The notes below the pieces were generated by a model. The model was not told the DNA's origin and did no database searches. It was given only the letters and a program-made list of their open reading frames with translations. This document shows, piece after piece, positions 1-7,472 of a DNA stretch of 31,611 nucleotides. Source of the DNA: a virus (taxonomy: Duplodnaviria; Caudoviricetes); the IMG/VR virus record IMGVR_UViG_3300030737_000033, positions 1-31,611 of that record; one strand, written 5' to 3'. Each line of letters starts with the position of its first letter. Within the stretch, counting starts at the first letter, position 1. The position numbers were made by a program, and so were the translations under genes.

Positions 1-8
1 GAAATCAC

Positions 9-37
9 TTGACAGCGTGATCCAGGAGAGCTAAGCT
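9..37 (+). promoter_or_regulatory. Sigma70-type promoter for the ssb-pol operon
   Basis: TTGACA (9-14), 17-bp spacer, TAAGCT (32-37) preceded by GC. SD AGGAGA at 84-89 before ATG 97. Confidence 0.75.
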
Positions 38-96
38 CCTGTCTGTTCCGGCAACTGCCGGGTTCGTTCTAGCATAGCTAGTTAGGAGATACAGCC

Positions 97-726
97 ATGG
101 CTGATAAACAGAAGTACACTTTCCAGATGACGGAGCCCACTCCGATCACCTACGTCAACCTCGACAAGCCGAAGGCGGTCAAGAACAAGGGCGCTGAGAA
201 GTACAGCGTCAACTTCGAGTTCGCCCCCGACCACGCCGATGTTCCGGCGCTCAAGGCCCTGCTCGCCCAGATCGCCAACGAAGCCTTCCAAGGCGTCCCC
301 TTCGACCGTCTTCACTTCCCGCTCCAGTCCGGTGACAAGCTCGCCGATGCTGCCGAGAAGGGCAACCGTGAGTTCTCTCGCGGCAAGCTGGTCCTGGTGA
401 CGCGGACGAACTTCCCCGTCCAACTGGGCGCGATCATCAACGGCAACCCCGTTGACATCGAACAGGACGACGTGGCGTCGATCAAGCGCTTCATCTATCC
501 GGGCTCCAATGCCCTGGGCAAGTTCGAGTTCAACACCTACGCCGAGTTCAACGGCAAGCCGGGCATCAACGTCTACCCCAAGGTGGTGTTCAGCTACGCC
601 ACCGGCGAGCGGGTGGCCGGCGGTGGTTCGGCGACCGAGACCTTCAAAGGTCACATCGGTCTGAAGACTGACTTCGACCCAACGTCCGGCGGTGTCGGCG
701 GCGGGAACCAGTCAATCCCCTTGTAA
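97..726 (+). CDS. ssb: Phage single-stranded DNA-binding protein (DUF2815 / T7 gp2.5-like)
   Basis: 209 aa with KYSVNF, FPLQSGD, IYPGS and GINV segments typical of the family. Good SD; directly upstream of the DNA polymerase. Confidence 0.75.
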   Translation: MADKQKYTFQMTEPTPITYVNLDKPKAVKNKGAEKYSVNFEFAPDHADVPALKALLAQIANEAFQGVPFDRLHFPLQSGDKLADAAEKGNREFSRGKLVLVTRTNFPVQLGAIINGNPVDIEQDDVASIKRFIYPGSNALGKFEFNTYAEFNGKPGINVYPKVVFSYATGERVAGGGSATETFKGHIGLKTDFDPTSGGVGGGNQSIPL

Positions 727-729
727 GGC

Positions 730-816
730 GGCGCGTGCCGGCGGAGTGATCTGCCGAACACCCAAACCCCTTACCTGCGGGGCTGTATGGGCCATGCTGA
801 GTTCCTCCAGCGCGCC
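730..816 (+). ncRNA. Candidate structured intergenic RNA (multi-branch) between ssb and pol
   Basis: Closing stem GGCGCG 730-735 / CGCGCC 811-816; hairpin CGGCGGA-GTGA-TCTGCCG 739-756 (GNRA loop); CCCA/TGGG with CCCC/GGGG 761-791; short CTG/CAG hairpin 797-810. Confidence 0.35.
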
Positions 817-829
817 CTTGGCCCCACCC

Positions 830-873
830 GCGCCCGCCAGCGTTTGGTCTTCCGCTGGCGGGCGCACCTATTT
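830..873 (+). terminator. Strong hairpin, possible partial terminator/attenuator before pol
   Basis: Perfect 13-bp stem GCGCCCGCCAGCG (830-842) / CGCTGGCGGGCGC (853-865), followed by a weak T tract (ACCTATTT) and the pol SD GGAG at 876-879. Confidence 0.5.
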
Positions 874-885
874 CTGGAGCACCAC

Positions 886-2901
886 ATGTGGATAGAGGTT
901 GACTTCGAGACGGCCAGCATGTGCGACCTCAAGGCCGCCGGGGCTGACCGCTATGCCGAAGACGCCTCGACCGAAGTGCTCTGTCTGTCCTGGGAATTGG
1001 CCGGGGGCAAGCAAGGCCACTGGGTCCCCGACGACGGTATGGCCGTCCCCGAGGACATAGCCTACGCCATCGCCCACGGCTACATGTTCGTGGCCCACAG
1101 TGCCCGGTTCGAGCGCGCCGTCTGGCGGTGCATCATGGCTCGACTGTATGGCTGGCCCGACATCCCCATCGAGAAGTGGCATGACACCATGGCCCGCTGC
1201 GCGGAGTTGGTGCTGCCGATGAAGCTGGAGATGGTCGCCCGTGTCCTGGGGCTCCCCCAGCAGAAGGACATGGAGGGCTCTCGCCTTACCGTCTCCTTGA
1301 GCCGCGTAAACAAAAAGACAGGGATGCTGCCGCCGGTCACGCCGGCCATCCGCCAGCGGGTAGTGGCCTACTGCGACCAGGACATAGGCACCCAGTCGGC
1401 CCTACACCGGCGCATCGGCTACCTGCCAGACGACGAACGTGCCGTGTGGGAGATGGACCAGCGGATCAATGACCGGGGCGTGCGCCTTGACATGCCGCTG
1501 GTGCGGTCGATGCGGTCAGTCGTGGACCGGGCGACATACCCCCTGGCCAAGGAGTTCACCGAGATCACCAGCGGCCTACAGTTCACCCAAATCCAGAAGC
1601 TTGGTGCCTGGGTCCGAGACCAGGGGGTGGAGATCGATGACCTTGCCAAGGAGACGGTGAGCAAGCTATTAGGAGGTTCCATTGACGATGAAGACGACAG
1701 CCTTGCCGATGACGATGCTGGACCGAATGCTTCGTCAGCAACGCTTCCTAGTGGAGTACGGCGAGCCCTCCAAATCCGACAGCTTGTCGGCTCCGCCTCC
1801 ATCAAGAAACTCCACTCCATGGAGGCGTGCGTTTGCGCTGACGGTCGCGCCCACGGGGTTCTACAGTACCACGCCGCTGGCCCCGGCCGCTGGGGCGGGC
1901 GCATCATCCAACCCCAGAACTTCCCCCGAGGGACCGACAGCATCATCAAGACGGACATCGAAGGCCGGCTAGACGTGCTGCGGCGCGGCGACCTTGACGA
2001 GATCGAGATGTTGTACGGGCCGCCCGTTGAGACGGTCGTGTCATCTCTGCGGCATACTCTGATCTCCGCGCCCGGAGCGGAGTTCGTCGTGGGAGACTTC
2101 GCCCAGATCGAGGCTCGCATCTGTCTGTCAATCGCCGGGCAGTTCGACAAGATCAAGCTGTTCCAAACCGCCGGCTTCGACCCTTACTGCGACATGGCCA
2201 GCCAGATATACGGACGGACCATCACGAAGGATGACAAGAGCGAGCGGCAGATTGGGAAGAACAGCGTCCTGGGCCTGGGCTTCGCCATGGGCTGGCTCAA
2301 GTTCATGATGAAGTACGCCCCCGATCAGTCGGAAGAGTTCTGCCGCAAGGTCGTGGACACGTACCGCAAGGTGTGGGCTCCCGAGGTTATCAAGTTGTGG
2401 CGGGGCCTGGAGCGCGCAGCCCTCCGCGCCGTCCGCACGGGCGGCCCCTGTGAAGCCTACGGGATCGTCTACGAGATGATGGACGACTGGCTCACGGCCC
2501 GGCTCCCGTCCGGCCGGCTGCTCTATTACTACAAGCCGACCATCTTCTCTAAGCGGTGCCCATGGAATGACAACGAGGGCAACCCGGTCTTCCAAGACGC
2601 GTGGAAGTTCCTGGCTCGGAAGTCCGGCGGCTGGGTGACGGTCCACGCCTTCGGGGGCCTCCTGTGTGAGAACGTCTGCCAAGCCATTGCCCGTGACCTC
2701 CTGGTCGTGGCGATGAAGAAATGCGAGGCGAACGGTATGCCGCTGGTGCTCACCGTCCACGACGAAGCGATCTGCGAGGTCCCTGGCCACGGCGACGCTA
2801 AGGCGCTGGAGCAGATAATGGTGGACATCCCGGACTGGGCGCGGTATATTGGCGTGCCGGTTGCAGCCGAGTGCTGGGTCGGCGACCGCTATAGGAAGTG
2901 A
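886..2901 (+). CDS. polA: Family A DNA polymerase with 3'-5' exonuclease domain (671 aa)
   Basis: ExoI DFET, ExoII AHSARFE, ExoIII YCDQD; motif A GDFAQIEAR, motif B RQIGKNSVLGLGF, motif C VHDE. Start moved from 787 to ATG 886 because of the SD GGAG at 876-879. Confidence 0.96.
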   Translation: MWIEVDFETASMCDLKAAGADRYAEDASTEVLCLSWELAGGKQGHWVPDDGMAVPEDIAYAIAHGYMFVAHSARFERAVWRCIMARLYGWPDIPIEKWHDTMARCAELVLPMKLEMVARVLGLPQQKDMEGSRLTVSLSRVNKKTGMLPPVTPAIRQRVVAYCDQDIGTQSALHRRIGYLPDDERAVWEMDQRINDRGVRLDMPLVRSMRSVVDRATYPLAKEFTEITSGLQFTQIQKLGAWVRDQGVEIDDLAKETVSKLLGGSIDDEDDSLADDDAGPNASSATLPSGVRRALQIRQLVGSASIKKLHSMEACVCADGRAHGVLQYHAAGPGRWGGRIIQPQNFPRGTDSIIKTDIEGRLDVLRRGDLDEIEMLYGPPVETVVSSLRHTLISAPGAEFVVGDFAQIEARICLSIAGQFDKIKLFQTAGFDPYCDMASQIYGRTITKDDKSERQIGKNSVLGLGFAMGWLKFMMKYAPDQSEEFCRKVVDTYRKVWAPEVIKLWRGLERAALRAVRTGGPCEAYGIVYEMMDDWLTARLPSGRLLYYYKPTIFSKRCPWNDNEGNPVFQDAWKFLARKSGGWVTVHAFGGLLCENVCQAIARDLLVVAMKKCEANGMPLVLTVHDEAICEVPGHGDAKALEQIMVDIPDWARYIGVPVAAECWVGDRYRK

Positions 2902-2904
2902 CCT

Positions 2905-3267
2905 GTGTTTGATAGAAAAGCTCATGACGACGAGTATCGTGCCCAAAATCAGGCTGCCTGTACGGCCCGTTCCAAAGCTTGGTATCACGCCAATAAAGAC
3001 CGGGTTCTCCATAAACGCTATGAGCGCGAGTATGGCTGCACTTGGGAGGACAAGGTAGACATGTTTGAGTGGCAAGGTGGTGAGTGCGCCATATGCCATG
3101 ACGAATTAGGCTCGGTAGCGAAAGCTCACCTAGACCACAACCACACCACTGGCGAAATCCGTGCGCTACTCTGTCGCGGGTGCAATCACCTTCTGAGCAA
3201 TGCTAAGGAAAACAAGGCAATCCTTCAGTCGGCGATAGAATATCTGGAGAATTTCAATGCCCAATAG
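2905..3267 (+). CDS. Endonuclease VII-domain (His-Me finger) nuclease, possibly a free-standing homing endonuclease
   Basis: CAIC...HLDHNHTTGEIRALLCRGCN signature; visibly more AT-rich than pol; GTG start with AGGAAG upstream. Confidence 0.88.
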   Translation: MFDRKAHDDEYRAQNQAACTARSKAWYHANKDRVLHKRYEREYGCTWEDKVDMFEWQGGECAICHDELGSVAKAHLDHNHTTGEIRALLCRGCNHLLSNAKENKAILQSAIEYLENFNAQ

Positions 3268-3590
3268 GAGCCGCCAGAAAGGTGACCGATTTTGAACGAG
3301 ATTGTGTTCACCAGCTACAATCCATGGGGGTTCCGGCAGTGCGTGTTCCACTTTCAGGTAGTGTCGGGGGTGACTATGGCTCTGATCTGCGCGTTTCAGT
3401 ATGCGGCAATGTTGAGCCGGTGGAGTGCAAAACCCGGAAGCGGGCATGGATGGACCTATTCGGGTGGCTGGCCGCCGCCAAACCTGATACTCCCGCCCCC
3501 AAATACCTCTTCATCAAAGCTGATCGAACAGATACACTCGTCGTGATGTCACTCGCCGAGTTCGCTAGACTATCAAAAGGAATACTATAA
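3257..3590 (+). CDS. PD-(D/E)xK Holliday junction resolvase-like nuclease, split by a +1 frameshift at 3290-3295
   Basis: ATG 3257 (SD GGAGA 3246-3250) gives MPNRSRQKGDRF then TGA; the +1 frame continues ERDCV...GSDL...VECK. Joined, it gives the typical SxxKGxxFER N-terminus (about 110 aa). Confidence 0.75.
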
Positions 3591-3591
3591 C

Positions 3592-4752
3592 ATGAACATC
3601 GATCCGAAACTCTACGATTACGCCACGCCGACCCAGAAAATCACACTCGATGCTCTGAAGGAGTGCGACAGCTTCAATGCTGCCGACCGTAAGCTGGGCC
3701 GCGCTCACGATAAGAGCCGCGACAGCTTCCGCCGGCTGGAGCGACATGCCGCCAAGCTCGGCTACGCCCCCGGTAACTGGACGGGCGGCACGGCCCCCGG
3801 CTATCACCTGGGCAAGGTGACGGTCCACCGTGACGGCAAGGGCGAGGTCGTACAGACCTGGGAACGCCAGCACCCGGACGATGCGCGGCGAATGATGGAG
3901 CTAATCGCCGCAGCCCTTGCGGAGGATATTCCGCGCGCGTCTCCGCTGCCGACACCCGAGTTCACCAGCCGCAAGCTCCTGAACCTCTACACGCTGACCG
4001 ACTGTCACGTCGGGATGCTGGCCTGGGGCAAGGAGAGCGGCGAGCCGTGGGACCTGAAGATCGCTGAGAAGACGATCTTCGGCTGCTTCGAGAAGATGAT
4101 CGCCAGCGCCCCGCCGGCCCACTACTGCATCGTGAACCAGCTTGGTGACTTCCTGCACAGCGACAGCATGTTGCCGATGACGCCGACCAGCCATAACATC
4201 CTGGACCAGGATGTGCGGTTTGCCAAGATGGTTCGCACCGCGATCACCCTGCTTCGCCGTGTGGTCGATCTGGCCCTGCAAAAGCACAACGAGGTCATCG
4301 TGGTGATGGCCGAAGGCAACCACGACATGGCGTCATCGGTGTGGCTGCGCTTGATGTTCGAGGCGCTCTACGAGAACGAGCCACGTGTACACGTCATCGA
4401 CAGCGAGCTTCCGTACTACGCCTATCAGCATGGCAAGACCATGCTGGCCTTCCACCACGGCCACCTGAAAAAGCCAGACGAGTTCCCCCTGGTCTTCGCC
4501 GCTCAGTACGGTGAGATGTGGGGCCAGACGACCAAGCGCTACGCCCACTCCGGCCACCAGCACCACCTGTACTCCAAGGAGCACGGCGGGATGATCGTGA
4601 CGCAGCACCCCACCCTGGCCGCACGCGACGCCTACGCGGCCCGAGGCGGCTGGTTCGCCGAGAGGGCGGCCACCGCTATCACCTACCATGAAGACTATGG
4701 TCAAGTCGCGAGTGTGACCATCGTCCCCGAAATGCTGGAGGACAGCGAATGA
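3592..4752 (+). CDS. Calcineurin-like metallophosphoesterase with N-terminal extension (possible HTH)
   Basis: All five metal-binding motifs: DCHVG, GDFLH, GNHD, HHGH, GHQH. Confidence 0.88.
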   Translation: MNIDPKLYDYATPTQKITLDALKECDSFNAADRKLGRAHDKSRDSFRRLERHAAKLGYAPGNWTGGTAPGYHLGKVTVHRDGKGEVVQTWERQHPDDARRMMELIAAALAEDIPRASPLPTPEFTSRKLLNLYTLTDCHVGMLAWGKESGEPWDLKIAEKTIFGCFEKMIASAPPAHYCIVNQLGDFLHSDSMLPMTPTSHNILDQDVRFAKMVRTAITLLRRVVDLALQKHNEVIVVMAEGNHDMASSVWLRLMFEALYENEPRVHVIDSELPYYAYQHGKTMLAFHHGHLKKPDEFPLVFAAQYGEMWGQTTKRYAHSGHQHHLYSKEHGGMIVTQHPTLAARDAYAARGGWFAERAATAITYHEDYGQVASVTIVPEMLEDSE

Positions 4753-5276
4753 AGTACCACATTCCCGACATAGCGGAGCTTGTATCCGAGGAAGACTGGC
4801 GCACGCTGGCCTCGATCCTCGGGACTGTCCGAGAGCCCGACGAAGTGCTGGCCCCCGGCGGCGAGCCCTACATCTATCGCTGGCACCTGATCCCGCGCCG
4901 GAAGGTGGGCGGCAACGTCTACCTGCATCTCCAGGTCCAGGACGATCCCGACCGGCCGCTGCATGACCACCCGTGGAAGAACCAGTCGGTGATCCTGTCG
5001 GGTGGATATCACGAGGTCTATCAGGAATACCCCCCGCACGGGGAGATCAAGCAACGCGTCGTACTCAAGGGCGACACGGTCCACCGCACCGAGGAAGAGG
5101 CGCACCGCCTGCATCTTCTGCCGGAGCAGCCGTACTCCATCAGCCTGTTCTCGACCGGCCCAGTGCTGCGCGAGTGGGGCTTCTGGACTGGTGACAGCAC
5201 ATGGGTTCCCTACACCGCGATCCGCGAGGCAGGTCCCGACGGCTATGACCAACTGAAGAAAGGAGCCTTCCAATGA
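4749..5276 (+). CDS. Cupin/double-stranded beta-helix-like phage protein
   Basis: LHDHPW...SVILSGGYHE...HRL...SLFSTGP..REWGF, a His/His/Glu/His cupin-like pattern; ATGA coupling on both sides. Confidence 0.65.
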   Translation: MKYHIPDIAELVSEEDWRTLASILGTVREPDEVLAPGGEPYIYRWHLIPRRKVGGNVYLHLQVQDDPDRPLHDHPWKNQSVILSGGYHEVYQEYPPHGEIKQRVVLKGDTVHRTEEEAHRLHLLPEQPYSISLFSTGPVLREWGFWTGDSTWVPYTAIREAGPDGYDQLKKGAFQ

Positions 5277-5875
5277 CCGGCCTAAAGCAATGTAACTGCA
5301 CCGCTTGCGTCCTGGCACGCGACGATGACGCGCGCATCACCGCCACAGAAGTGGAGCACGCCAAAACCAATTGGGTCGATCATGGGCCATTCGGTCCTCC
5401 GCCGGCCCGCGAAGAGACTACGCACCCACCCTCGCAGCTAGTTCCAACCACTTACACGGTCGAAGAACAAGCGCGGCTTACCAATTGGGTCGGGCATGGG
5501 CCGTTCCATCCTGCGCCGCCCGAGGTAGTGGATCGCACAATCACGGTCCTGCGAAACCGTGGTCTGCTACCTCGTGATCCCATCGAAGCTCAGAAGCGGA
5601 AGGAGCGCCCCCTGGCCAGAGGGTGCCTCGACTACTTCCCGGACGCCTTGATGGAAGTCGCCCACGTCAGCTTCATCGGCAACGAACAGCACAACCCCGG
5701 CGAGGAACTTCACTGGGCTAAGGAGAAGTCCACCGATGAAGCGGACTGCATCCTTCGCCACCTGAAGGATCGTGGCACGCTCGACACCGACGGCCTGCGT
5801 CACTCAGCTAAGGTGGCGTGGCGCGCCCTGGCCCTACTCCAACGAGAGATTGACAAGGAGCGAGAGACCGCGTAA
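5273..5875 (+). CDS. dATP/dGTP diphosphohydrolase-like (DUF5664-type) domain with repetitive N-terminal extension
   Basis: C-terminal FPDALMEVAHVSFIGNEQH...W...DCILRHL...DTDGLRHSAKVAWRALALL matches my recollection of this helical family. Confidence 0.7.
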   Translation: MTGLKQCNCTACVLARDDDARITATEVEHAKTNWVDHGPFGPPPAREETTHPPSQLVPTTYTVEEQARLTNWVGHGPFHPAPPEVVDRTITVLRNRGLLPRDPIEAQKRKERPLARGCLDYFPDALMEVAHVSFIGNEQHNPGEELHWAKEKSTDEADCILRHLKDRGTLDTDGLRHSAKVAWRALALLQREIDKERETA

Positions 5876-5909
5876 GCTGCCACTCCCCCCTAGGAAAGGA
5901 ACTGTACCA

Positions 5910-6167
5910 ATGACCACCTCTGCCCCCACCCAATCGCTCGCCCAGAAGGTAGCGAGCTTCCTCCAGTCTCTCATTACCCTGCTCCAGCATGACGGCTCGG
6001 CCGTCAACAGCCTCGCCGGCGCAGTCGGCCCCATCGTGTCAGCCGTCGATCCGTCGGCCGCCCCAGTCGTGGCCGGCGTCGAAGCCGGTCTGCCGCTCGC
6101 CGAGAACGCCGCCGAAGGCGCGGCCCAGGTCGGTGAAGACATCGCCAACGGGTTCCAAGCCCGCTAA
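5910..6167 (+). CDS. Hypothetical 85-aa Ala/Val-rich amphipathic protein upstream of the endolysin
   Basis: SD AGGAAAGGA at 5892-5900 before ATG 5910; strongly biased codon usage. Confidence 0.75.
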   Translation: MTTSAPTQSLAQKVASFLQSLITLLQHDGSAVNSLAGAVGPIVSAVDPSAAPVVAGVEAGLPLAENAAEGAAQVGEDIANGFQAR

Positions 6168-6245
6168 CGAGCTATCGCTCAGGGGCACGAAGCGCATTAG
6201 CCCCCGCGCCGGTTGAGAGGCCGGCACCCAATTCAGGAGACTGCC

Positions 6246-6707
6246 ATGATTACCCTCGCCCCCAACATCATCGCTGGTGCTCAGAGCAGCTTCGGCGCGT
6301 GGAAAGTGCCCGCCTCAATCAGCCTCGCCCAATTCGGTGACGAGAGCGAGTGGGGCCAGAAGGTCACTGGCAATTACAACTACTTCGGGATCAAGGCCGT
6401 GCCCGGCCAGCCCTTTACCATGTGTCCCACACACGAAGAACGGAACGGCCACTACATGGCGGTGATGCAGCCATTCGCCAACTATCCCACCCCGTACTGG
6501 GCGTTCATGGCCCACGCACAGTTGCTCGCCACCCACCCAGCCTACGCGCCCTTCATGGCGGCGGTGGCTCGGGGTGATATCGAGGGTGCTTGCAATGCGC
6601 TGACCGGCGTCTACGCCACGGGGCTTGGCCCTGGCCACCCGACCTACGGCCAAGTCCTTATCGACATCATCAAGTCTGAGAACCTGACGCGGTACGACCC
6701 AGCTTAG
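6246..6707 (+). CDS. GH73 glucosaminidase (FlgJ-like) endolysin, 153 aa
   Basis: LAQFGDESEWG (catalytic Glu), NYFGIK and YAT motifs; SD AGGAGA at 6235-6240. Confidence 0.88.
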   Translation: MITLAPNIIAGAQSSFGAWKVPASISLAQFGDESEWGQKVTGNYNYFGIKAVPGQPFTMCPTHEERNGHYMAVMQPFANYPTPYWAFMAHAQLLATHPAYAPFMAAVARGDIEGACNALTGVYATGLGPGHPTYGQVLIDIIKSENLTRYDPA

Positions 6708-7003
6708 GCTTGGTCGGCGGTGTGGGCGAGAGCCACGGCGACGACCTGTTCGGCCGCCTTCTGGACGTTCCGCCGCGCGTCATTGACCTTCAGTAAGGCC
6801 GCAGCCGTCTCAGCTTGCTGAACGGCGGCTTTGCCATGCAGCAGCGCCTGGATCGTCCGGCTCTCGTAAATCTGGATCGCGTAAAAGACGACGGCGAATA
6901 GCGTAGCCAACGGCGTCAGCACCCCGCTCGCGGCCCCCAGAATGGTGGCCAGTGATACAGCATGGCCTACGATTACGGCTGGCTCAAGGCTGCTGAGGCT
7001 CAT
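6704..7003 (-). CDS. Probable holin
   Basis: 99 aa with a hydrophobic N-terminal half (AVIVGHAVSLATILGAA; VLTPLATLFAVVFYAIQIY) and a polar C-terminal helix; last gene of the late arm, abutting the endolysin. Confidence 0.55.
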   Translation of the reverse strand: MSLSSLEPAVIVGHAVSLATILGAASGVLTPLATLFAVVFYAIQIYESRTIQALLHGKAAVQQAETAAALLKVNDARRNVQKAAEQVVAVALAHTADQA

Positions 7004-7416
7004 TACAGAACCCCAATCTCGCCTTCGCCTTCGATGGTCAGCGCAGTGGCCGCACCGGCACCGCCGACCAGGAAGTCAGCCACGTCAAGACGGAGCGTGC
7101 CGTACCAGTCGAACACGCTGTTGGCCGCGACAGTGGTCCCAGTACCGGCAGTGAGCGCCCCGGCTGAGGCTGTCCCACCTGCCACGGCTTCAGTGCCGGC
7201 GGCGTTCGCGCCAGTGGCACCGAGCCACAGGGCGAAGTTCGCGGCTGACGCGGTCTTGTTGACAACGCGGATGTGGGAGAGGACGATATAGGTGCTGGCG
7301 TTCGTGCCATGCAGGCCAGTGCCCCCAGTGAGGGTGGGCGGGTTCAGAATGTTGGTGGTCGTGGTGGTGGTCAAGGCCACGGGACCGAAGCCGATACGTT
7401 TGTTGGGGGTGGCCAT
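7003..7416 (-). CDS. Hypothetical beta-rich Thr/Gly/Ala-rich protein (probably virion-associated)
   Basis: 137 aa, SD AAAGGA, own promoter candidate, TAATG coupling to the next gene. Confidence 0.7.
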   Translation of the reverse strand: MATPNKRIGFGPVALTTTTTTNILNPPTLTGGTGLHGTNASTYIVLSHIRVVNKTASAANFALWLGATGANAAGTEAVAGGTASAGALTAGTGTTVAANSVFDWYGTLRLDVADFLVGGAGAATALTIEGEGEIGVL

Positions 7417-7443
7417 GAGGTCGTCCTTTCAGCAGTCAGAGGG

Positions 7444-7472
7444 AATATAGCACGTGAACACGCATTCGTCTA
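7444..7472 (-). promoter_or_regulatory. Sigma70-type promoter with a CGTGTTCACG near-palindrome in its spacer
   Basis: Minus strand TAGACG, 17 bp, TATATT (preceded by GC). The spacer holds a 9/10 match (7453-7462) to the dispersed CGTGTACACG motif. Confidence 0.6.

Noticed and set aside
730-816. tRNA (cloverleaf-like fold)
   Set aside because: No TTCRA T-loop, no canonical D-loop or 7-nt anticodon loop, and arm lengths do not fit.
787-885. Upstream starts in the ORF track (787 for pol; likewise 5772, 6213, 29547, 30384)
   Set aside because: They run through hairpins, repeats or neighbouring genes; downstream starts have clear SD or promoter support.
3282-3590. Independent 102-aa gene starting at GTG 3282
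   Set aside because: It would lack the conserved SxxKG N-terminus encoded in the adjacent frame from ATG 3257, and the nearest SD (AGGAG) is 11 nt away. Less likely, though not excluded.
886-5875. 2-aminoadenine (Z-genome) pathway
   Set aside because: No PurZ or HD-family DatZ gene in the window; PolA plus a DUF5664-like protein is not sufficient evidence.
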